Under the pieces are notes generated by a model. It was not told the origin of the DNA, searched no databases, and worked only from the letters and a program-made list of their open reading frames with translations. From Octopus sinensis (lineage: Eukaryota): a DNA stretch of 64,000 nucleotides. The position numbers were made by a program, and so were the translations under genes. Below are positions 54,358 to 64,000 of this stretch, piece by piece (the first letter of the stretch is position 1; every line of letters begins with the position of its first letter). The stretch lies in contig NC_043010.1 in the NCBI RefSeq assembly GCF_006345805.1, forward strand, positions 49,786,001-49,850,000. The letters run 5' to 3'.

Positions 54358-54502
54358 CTTCTCAACACCAGGCCAGGAAGACAAAGCCCATTTCAGAGAT
54401 GTGCTAAAAGTACCAAAGTTGTATCAGTATCAAGAAAGACCCGGCAGAGACACACTTCAAGTGGAAGTAGCAGCAGTAACAATATTGATTCAGGAGATAC
54501 AG
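54358..54502 (+). CDS. Probable internal exon (145 nt) of an unidentified gene; reading frame unresolved
   Basis: Strong acceptor (T)15atttgtag|, donor CAG|GTAGAG, higher GC than the flanks. Two open frames: LLNTRPGRQSPFQRCAKSTKVVSVSRKTRQRHTSSGSSSSNNIDSGDT or FSTPGQEDKAHFRDVLKVPKLYQYQERPGRDTLQVEVAAVTILIQEIQ. It could also be UTR. Confidence 0.55.
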
Positions 54503-56463
54503 GTAGAGTACTAAAATCATCAACATCATTGTCGTTATATCTTTCCATTTCTAGTTATTGTTGCTGCTGTGTTTCTTGAACAAACTATAACACAGCAGTA
54601 GTAAATAATTTTCTTGGAAGCAGCACACTTCCCATGCTGGCATGGGCTGGACAGTTTGTCAGGAACTGGCCAGCTGGAGAGCAGCCCACATTCCAGTTGT
54701 CTATTTTGGCCTGGTTTCTATGGCTGAATGCCTTTCCTAATGCCAACCTCTTCACAGAGTATACTGGGTGCTTTTTTTTACAAAGCACTGGCATGGTTGC
54801 TTTTATGTGGTACCGGCACAGGCACTTTTAGGTGACACTAGTACAGAAGCACTGTAAAAAATTTATTCAACATAAGACAATAAATTCTAATCGAGCTAAA
54901 AATCAGGATATGCTATAGATTCATAAATAGAGATGAGGAAAGGCATAAATCTCACAACTTCTTGCCTCCCCACAGAATATTCCCGAAATTTCAATTTCAT
55001 GTGAACAATTTTACATACATATCACTGTGTATCACCCACATTTATTGTTGACTGTCGGAATATCATCATCAACATCATCGTTTAGTGTCCGTTTTCCATG
55101 CTAGCATGGGTTGGACGGTCATAGAAATTAATAAAATATTTTAGGAATGCTTTTATGTGGTACGAGCACAGGTGTTTTTTAAACAGGCTGGATGTGTAGG
55201 ATATCTTATATTATTGTCTTCATTTGACCATCCACTCTGTTCTTAAATAGCAGATGTTGTCATTGGATGCAGTTGGCAGATTCATACAATGTTTAATAAT
55301 TGACAGATGCTGTACTAGTTATTGTATACAGCATGCTTAATAGTCTCACTTAGTCTCATTTTTGGTTTTTATCCCCTCGTGCTGAATTAGTCATTGATAT
55401 GTTGCAGGTAATATCTAGCATTCAGTTAACAACAGGGTGCTTCATTTGTTCCGTGAAATATTCAAATCTTCCCAAGTATTTCCCAAATGTGAGCCCCAAA
55501 TATGAACTAGGATGATTACAGTTGAATGTTAATCAAACAATGAATGGCGTTTTGCTGCTAGAGTAATGATTGTAGGATGCTTGTTTCATAAACTTGTTTG
55601 ATAACAGCAAAATTATAAATATCTTTTGTAATTCAATTAAGTCTTTTTGTAGTTTGTTGTAGCATTAACATGATTTCAATTACAATTTAACTTGGACCTA
55701 TCCTTATTTCGTTATAAAAATAAACAGACTTGATAAGAGAAAAAAATAAAGTTATTTTGAAATCACCTGATGGTGTGCTAAGCTATTTCTATAAATCCAA
55801 CACATTTAATTGAATACATTAAAATGAAAGAGGTTTTAAAATTAATTACTTTTGATCCAATATTAAACAAAAAGAGATTCTGTGGTGAAACTTTCTACTT
55901 TGAGTAATTACATTTGATAAAATAAAAGAGTATTTTATATTTATTAAAACGTTTATTTTATGCAATCTCTGCAGTTATATAAGTTGGTGCCCCGGCATGA
56001 CTGCAGTTGAATAAAAGGATTTATATTATTTCTACACAATTCATCTATAAAATCTTTTTTATACTTTTTATACACAAATAATTTATTATCTTATGCACCC
56101 CAGTACTTAGATATTTGTGTTGGCATGATGATAATCATTTGTAGGTAAGGGTATTATATAGGCTGAACGCCATTGGATATTCCATTTGTGTATGAAATAT
56201 GAATAAACATTAATTTAGGGATGGAAATATTAAAGAAAAATACTTTTGTATACCACAAGCATAGTATTATGTAGCATATTTCATTAAATGTTAGCTTTGG
56301 TTGCTTCCACCATGTCTGTGGAAAGATTGCAAATTAATCATTTTTAATATAGGCAGAAGATCTCAAATTTAGTGAAAGAGTTGACTAAATTGACCCTAGT
56401 ACTTGACTGGATACTTCATTATAACAACCCCAGAATGATGAAAGATAAAGTTGACAGTACTAT

Positions 56464-56686
56464 TTAACCCCTTAGCATTCAGACTACTCTGTCAGATGCA
56501 ATGCTTATATATTCACATTGTTTTGAATTAATCATACAATGTTTCACGGCTTCAAGATTTCAGTGATGTGTTTGTTTAGTTTTAGAATGGCTTTGTAAAG
56601 AAGAGAGTCCAGCTCTGGTGGGTTTAAACATAAAACTACTTGGATATTTTGTTTGGATATGGCCAGTTTAAATGCTAACAGGTTAA
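56464..56686 (+). mobile_element. TTAA MITE family 1
   Basis: TTAA ends and family body. Confidence 0.85.
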
Positions 56687-59600
56687 ACTTAGAATGAAAA
56701 GTGCAAGAACAAAATACTGCAAAAGCATTTAGTCCTATAGCTAAATGGTTCAGCAGCCAGTCTACTACCTTTATACCAACTTATACACAACACACAAAAA
56801 CATACGTATATGACACAATGTAGGACTTGATATTAGCATGATGAAGTACCACTTCAGCATAATCATTCATGTGCAGTGGTATTAGAAACTGTGTGGTACC
56901 AAAGCAAAACAACTGTAAAATAATGATAAGGCTATACTAAATTCATTCTTCATCTTAGTTGCACACACACACACTCACACACACTATAGGCACAGATATG
57001 ATTGATTGTTTAAGAAGTTTGCTTCCAAGCCACATGCTTTGGGGCTCAGTCACACTACACAAGCCCATGGGTATCACCTAATATAACCCTGGCCCAGCCA
57101 AAAGCCTTGAGTGTAGCTTTAGTAGATGGAAACTGAAAGAAGCTCCGTGTATACATGTGTGTTTATGTTTGCACCTGCTTCTGCAAAACACATAGCCTAG
57201 GAGCAGTGTTGTTGCTGTCAGTTTGTGTCTTCAATGCTGTGTGGAATAAGAAACCCATTACTTGAAAAATAGGTAAGAGTTTGTGAGGCAGGAAAGGTAT
57301 CTAGGTATAAAAACAATGCCTCAGTAACAACATCTGTTGTCTAACCTTTGCTAGCACTGAAAAAAATAAAATGCACATACAAACAATAGTATGTTACGCA
57401 GGTGTTTTGGGATATAATTATATCAGTAATACAATGAGCCTACATGTTAGAACCTTGAGCTTTGCCACCCTACATTATCTATTTATGACAAAGTAGAAAC
57501 TGGTGACACTGTATGAAATTGGACTATTATCTTTATGTCACAGCTAGCTGCAACTATCAAGAATGCATATATTTCTTACCATATATCCAATTTGTCAGAA
57601 ATAGATCAGATGCTTCTATAAATTTTGCTATTTGCACACAAATTGTTTTTACAACCACATGCTTTTCCTAACATTTACTACTTAACTGTGGACTGAACAT
57701 GATACCTTTATTTAACTAGTGCTTTTGTTGTAGTTTGAACTTCTTTACATGTAGTAGTAGGAGGAGGAGGAGGAGGAGTAGAAGACGTTAACCATCTACA
57801 TTTTCCATCTCATCAAACCAAATTTATCAAATCCTCTCTGAATGTGCTAGATGTCAATCTTATGTTTTCTTTTCATCTAAGCAGTTTGCAGAATGTATTA
57901 AGAAAACAACTAACACTGGTGCAAGTGCGGCAGTGTGGTTAAGAAACTTGCTTCCCAGCCATGTGGTCTTGAGTTTTGTCCCACTTTACGGCACCTTAGG
58001 CAAGTGTCTTCTACTATAAGTTCCATGTTGACCAAAACATTGTGAATGAATTTGGGAAACGGAAACTGAAAGAACCCTGTTGTATGTGTGTGTGTTTATA
58101 TATATGTAGGTGTGTGCATGTGTATGTTTGTATACCATTCTGTGACATCATATGATGGTAGAAAAGAAGCACATTGTTTCTAATCTGGTCCTCTAGGGAA
58201 AAGATTGCTGGTCATAGGAAATACAATCTTGCTTGGGGACAGGTGAGAGTTGAAGACAATAAGGACTATAGCCATAGAAATCTTTATCAACCAATTCTGT
58301 CTGGCCCATGCAAGCATAGAACAATGTATGTTAGATGATGATTTCATATATATATATATATATAGGGAGAGTTTACGAAAAAAAAACAAAAGATGAAGAC
58401 AGGTGGTGTACAAAACAAACAGATGTATTAGTATAACGCTCAGGAATAGAAAAAGTCTTTTACGTTTCGAGCCTACTCTCTTCTACAGAAAGGGACAGAG
58501 AAAAAACAAGGAGAGAAAAAAAATATGTGTAGTGGCTAACGATCTAGGGAGAGAGCATTTCTGACCATTTAATAAAAATGATATTACATGGTTGTTACTC
58601 CTATGATGCATAATTTAAAGCATACTTAAGATTTGAAGTTCAGTTTAATTTCATACATATTGTATGGGGGAAACCCAGCTTAATATACTAAATATATCTC
58701 TGATGAAATATGTTAAATGGAAGAAAATACTTGGTTGATGAGAAAATGTTTTAGTAAAACACATTTGTAAGGTTTCTCCATAAGCTGTTTTTTAAATTTT
58801 TTTTTATATAATTATCAGTGATCTCGATCTTCTGAAGTGATATCAGTGTTGTTGGTGTCATATTAATTGTAAGCCAAGTACTGTTGAAAATACGAACACA
58901 ATTTTTTTTTTTCTTTTAAGCACTTTTACATTTTATTTCACTTTTCCTGTTTTGTTCCAAAAACCGAAAGTTAGCTAAGAACTGTTTAGTTTGTGGATCC
59001 TACAGGCATCATGCATACCATGAAGAATATCAGCATCATGACTTTTAAGCAAATCTCAATCAACTTTTTATAGCTATTCTTTACATTGTTGAGATAGTAC
59101 AATTTGATGGCTGGGCAGCTGCCAAACATTATTAAGAATAAAAGGTTTTACAGTGCACTGTAACTACCACAGGTTATGCAATCTATATTATTACTCTATT
59201 TTCTTCAGTCTGTCTAACAGGTCATATAAATACCATTTCTACTCTCGTAATTGAATAAATATTATTTTGAAGTACATCTTGCTGCAAAAACCACTCAGTA
59301 ATTCATGCAAATATATTGATTCACCAAATTCATTTCATGTAGACATGTGTAAATTTAATGTACACTGCATGGTATATAATCTAAAATATGCTTATTCTTG
59401 TGCTACCGTCATCGCTAAGCATATATGCTCTATGAAAGCTTATAACAGCATATCAAAATTTTTTAAATGTATTCAAGAATGTTATTTTTATCTCTCTTTA
59501 ATATCTTTTATTTAGAGATTTTTAAGTTTATCTTTTCTGTTCTCATGTGGGTAGGATGATTTTTTTCTTAAAGATTTGTATGTTTGGTTAATATCGAAAC

Positions 59601-60036
59601 TGTTTTTACTGGTTATTAATCAGAAGTAAAGCAGAAATGGGACCTATAATTATTGGTTTCATATTTTGACACAAGGCCAGCAATTTGTTGATTACATTGA
59701 CCCCAGTACTAAACCGGTCCTAATTTTATTAACTCCAAAAGGATGAAAGGTAAAGTAGACCTAAGTGGAATTTAAACATGGATGAAATACTGTTAAGCAA
59801 ATCACTCAGCATGTTTATGATCCTGCCAGCTTACTGCATTAATAAAACCTATAATTATTAATTAGTTAATCAGACTGAGGCAAGTAGATTTATAATTAAA
59901 TATTATTGGGAATTGTATAAAAAAAATTAAAATATTTTGTGTTTTGTAGAAGTATAAATAATTTATTGCTCATAAATTTTAGCAAAATCTTATATAGATA
60001 TCCTCTGGGGCCATGTGAACCCCAGTTGAGAAACTT

Positions 60037-60353
60037 TTAAACCCTTTTGTAACCATAGTTTGTTCGACTGAAAGCCTTCAAGGCGATGCTCCAGAATGAC
60101 CTCAGTCAAATGACTGAAACAAGTAAAAGAATATTTCTGTTGAAATACATTTTCTTTGTATCAACTATTTTAAAAAAATACTTCAGAAATTTGCAAAATA
60201 ACTTTGTCTTTATTAAAATAGTATTTGGAACATATATTAGCAAGAAATTTTGATGGGAGATTGTGAGATTGTAAGTTTAGATCACTTTAAGATAGAAAAC
60301 TTGTGTCACAGAACCATGGGCATCCTTAGGCAGATTGGTATCAAAAAGGTTAA
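60037..60353. mobile_element. TTAA MITE family 2 carrying a SINE 3' fragment (~60057-60130)
   Basis: Ends GGTATCAAAAAGG-TTAA, the reverse of the 40158 start. Confidence 0.65.
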
Positions 60354-60910
60354 CCGAGGCAGGGTTTCCGCTGATGCCAATGGCAGGGAAATGTTCAGTT
60401 ATCAAAACTATAACGAGGAAGGAGTGTGATGTGAAAGGGCAATAGATTGTGAACAATATAGTAATATTATGGTTGTAAATATATGAAACAAAGGTCACAA
60501 CTTATACAAAGTGTGGATACGCATTGCGTTGCTTTCACGAGATATGAATGAGCTGTTATTTTATCAGTAATGATTAAGTGATGAAAATAATGTGTTCCAG
60601 ATATAGAATTCACTATTTTCTTTTAAGAGTCACTCATCAAGGTCTTACAAACGAGTAAACAAACAAAATATTGTTTAATCTAAGTAAGTAATTAACCTGC
60701 TAAAAACATTATCTAAAACTTCCCTGAATACAATCTCTGCTACTTGAAATAATAAACCTACTTATGTCTTATCTCCTACGTAACATGTATGATACAGGCA
60801 AAAATGATTATAGATAGAGTGGCAACCAGATCTTCTGAAATTTTGCTAGCAGGAAGTTTGAATTTGAAACTGACTAAAGTCCAGAGAATTTAGTTCGTCA
60901 AAAGCTTATA

Positions 60911-61734
60911 TCATCATCATCGTTTAACGTCCGTTTTCCGCGCTAGCACGGGTTGGACGGTTTGACCGGGGTCTGGGAAGCCAGAGGCCTCTCCAGGCTC
61001 CAGTCTGATCTGGCAGAGTTTCTACGGCTGGATGCCCTTCCTAACGCCAACAACTCCGCGAGTGGATTGGGTGCTTTTTACGTGCCACCTGCACAGGGGC
61101 CGGGGGTCCGGCATCGGTCACGATCGGTTCGAGCTTTTCTAGAGTTGAGTTGGGGGGGTCTAGCTGAGAAAGGTTCCACCAGTGGAAAGAGAGGGAGAGA
61201 TAGTGGGGGGGTGCAGGTAATATAGGGAAGCACCAGTGGGGAAGGTTGGGTAAGGAGGAACGATGACAAGAAAAGGGTTGGTGCAGAAGAAATAATCGTA
61301 GAGAAAAGATAGGAAAAACGAAGCAGTTATTGTATGAGTACAGACGTTTAACAATAGTAACGAATGAGGTACGAAAGATAATGGGATAAAATGTTTTTGC
61401 AACTTGCTGCGAATATGAAGGCCGGAAGCCACTGTTGGAGAAGAAAGGAAGTCTAAAATTGGGAACCATAAATCGTAATGGCGACTAAGAAGAAGAAGAA
61501 GAAGAATGGCGGAAAAGATGGAAATTAAGGATTGAAGGATTAAAGGGTTAAATTTCGTAGAGAAAAGATAGGAAAAACGAAGCAGTTATTGTATGAGTAC
61601 AGACATTTAACAATAGTAACGAATGAGGTACGAAAGATAATGGGATAAAATGTTTTTGCAACTTGCTGCGAATACGAAGGCCGAAAGCCGCTGTTGGAGA
61701 AGAAAGGAAGTCTAAAATTGGGAACCAAACTAAA
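60911..61734 (-). mobile_element. Composite element: RTE-type 3' tail joined to unique sequence containing a 173-bp direct repeat
   Basis: RTE tail 60911-~61100. Repeats at 61296-61468 and 61555-61727 have 4 differences by my count. Confidence 0.6.
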
Positions 61735-62071
61735 TCATCATCATCATCATTTTTATGTCTTTTTTTTTTTTTCACACTGGCATGGGTTGGACAGCACACT
61801 TCTTGAGGTCATAGTATTTCTGTGGTTGCATGCCCTTCTTGATGCTAACCCTTGTTTTTAAGTAAAGTATTTTATTCTACTGATCTTAGCATGGTGAATC
61901 ACTAAATGGTAGGATATTAACAAAAAGTCATCACTGCTCAGGCAGAGTAAGTGCAAAGACATGTGCACCTGCGTGCGTGTACAGCCATCAGAGATTGTGT
62001 TCAGGGATGTTGTAATGTTTCATCGGTTAATTACTTACTTAGATTAAACTGTACTTTGTTTACTTCTTAAG

Positions 62072-62077
62072 TCCTTG
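62072..62077 (+). other. Candidate 6-nt microexon (TCCTTG)
   Basis: ctgtactttgtttacttcttaag|TCCTTG|GTGAGT, followed by ACTAAC at 62085. Confidence 0.3.
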
Positions 62078-63494
62078 GTGAGTGACTAACTCTAAAGGCA
62101 AATAGAGATCACACTTTGTATAAATTTATATTAATTGTGACCTTTGCTTCATAGATTTACCTGTTCACATGAAACATTTCCTGATTATAGTTTTATAACT
62201 TAACATCTCTCTACCATTACCTCAACAGAAGCGTTTTCTTAATTAATTTTGTAGCAATGTTTAAATTAGACATAAGACGCTTTTCTTATATGCTCTCATT
62301 TCATGGTTTGGTATTATTTCGGTAGAAGACACTTATCCATGCTACCACACAGCAGTGTTGAACAGGAGACCACATGATTGCAAAGCAAACTTAACAGCAC
62401 AGTTATCATTGCACCTGAAGTTTTAGTTTTTCAGTTTTTTTTCTAAGTTACAAATTGAGTGGCTTGTATTAAGATCTCTACCAGAGAATCGATGGTTAAA
62501 TACTTGATTATATATATATATTCTTTATAAGTGAGGACACTAAACAGAACTGGCTCGTTAATGATGGTCTTCGTTGGCATGAATCAAATGTAAAATATAA
62601 AACAGAAACAGAATAGCTGTATGTTGATGTACTAAAAAATTACTTTCTACTTCAGTTCACTGAACACCTGCATACACCTGTTTTTATTTCCATTTCTTTT
62701 GTGTTTCTTTTATGAAGCATCAAGTATTAAATTGGTTACTCAATCTGGTTGTGATTATTCAACCACTACCAGATATCTAAAAGTAAGAGAAATTGGTTTC
62801 GTAGTAAACTGATTTCTTTTGACTAAGCAGAATGATAATTTTTGCAGCAGAGGACATAGCCAATTTAACTAACTTCGGTGTATGTTTTATTGATCCTGAA
62901 GGGATGAAAGGTAGTCAATGCAAATATGATGTGATCTGGGAATGTACTGAAACAAGACTAAATATTATAAGATATTTAGATTGATACCAAGGTGGTGAGC
63001 TGGCAGAATTGTTAGCACCTTGGGCAAAATGCCTAGTGGCATTTTATCGGTCTTTACATTCTGTGTTCAAATTCCACTGAGGTTGACTTTGCCTTTCATC
63101 CTTTCAGGGTCAATAAATTTAGTACCAGTGCAATTGACTAGTCCACCTCTCCTCAAATTTCAAGCCTTGTGCCTTTAATAGAAAAGATATTTAGCTTGAT
63201 ACTCTCACATTGTTATCAACTTCCTATTAATTACAAACCAGTGATGCAGTCAGTCACCTTGCTTGAATAGTAACCAGAATTTTTCTCTAGTCATGCTTTC
63301 TTATCTTATATATATAAAAAAATACAAGACAGTATGCATTGGAGAATGTAATCTTAAATACACAGTTTCTGAAAATAACATGAGGTGTCATAATAGTGTT
63401 ACTCTTGATTATAAGGTTTACTGGACTAGGACTGACTAATGGTTAAACAACAATGGCTTACTAACCATTTGGGCCGACAAAAGAACCTTTACAA

Positions 63495-63835
63495 CAAGGA
63501 CGTGTCACCTAGGTAAGCAAGGTAGGCAGTGCCTACCTTGAATAAAATGGATCGATAGCAACATTTTCCTTTTATGGCAAAATATTAAAATTTTTTTGTT
63601 GATCAGGTAGGCATAATTTGTCCCTGTCTTTTAATCTCAGTATTTAAGCACACATAGTATTTCTGTAGTACACGTGCTGTGTACATTCCTACAACGTTTC
63701 CTTTCCATGCTGTAAAGACAGAAGTAAGTCTGCCTTTAACTCAGTGACATGGCTGCTTCACTTGTTTTTTGTGTGTTTTACTACATAAATATCACTAATT
63801 GCCTACCCTGAGTAATTACTGACAGCACGTGCCTG
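63495..63835. mobile_element. hAT-type MITE with perfect 8-bp TSD
   Basis: TSD CTTTACAA at 63487-63494 and 63836-63843; imperfect TIRs with subterminal GGTAGGCA motifs. Confidence 0.85.
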
Positions 63836-64000
63836 CTTTACAAAGTCTCTTGACTTGCTAGATATTGCAACCAAATCTCTGTTTGAAAAGAGGTTAGAGT
63901 GCTGAAATATCTTTGATCAGAGAGTCAAAGTTGACCTGGAGATAAATAATAACAATACCTTACTAATCATTTCTTTAGTAATAAGTTAACTATAATGTAT

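Noticed and set aside
61370-61440. HDV-like ribozyme hint (GCAACTTGC hairpin then GCGAAT)
   Set aside because: No P1, P2 or P3 partners found upstream.
1-64000. CRISPR arrays, operons, rRNA
   Set aside because: Eukaryotic intronic DNA; no regularly spaced repeat-spacer array or rRNA-like sequence seen.

Overview
AT-rich animal genomic DNA. The repeat content (tRNA-derived SINEs, TTAA-flanked MITEs, (TA)n/(TATG)n arrays) resembles what I know of octopus genomes; this is recognition, not a database result. None of the supplied ORFs looks like an intact host gene: they are microsatellite translations, transposon relics or chance ORFs. The window is best read as the 5' part of a large, unidentified plus-strand gene. 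It has a CpG-retaining promoter region (~2.3-7.6 kb) with several splice donors and a likely 5'UTR exon (4136-4224), then a ~50 kb CpG-depleted, repeat-filled intron, candidate exons at 50323-50437 and 54358-54502, and a possible 6-nt microexon at 62072-62077. Mobile DNA includes a decayed mariner, hAT MITEs with perfect 8-bp TSDs, many TTAA MITEs, a non-autonomous Helitron, and Penelope-like, RTE, CR1 and Gypsy relics. The most notable observations are an intact minimal type I hammerhead ribozyme motif at 6-48 (with decayed relatives elsewhere), a pri-miRNA-shaped hairpin at 5479-5579, an inverted MITE pair bracketing an exon, and a young composite RTE-tailed element with a 173-bp direct repeat.
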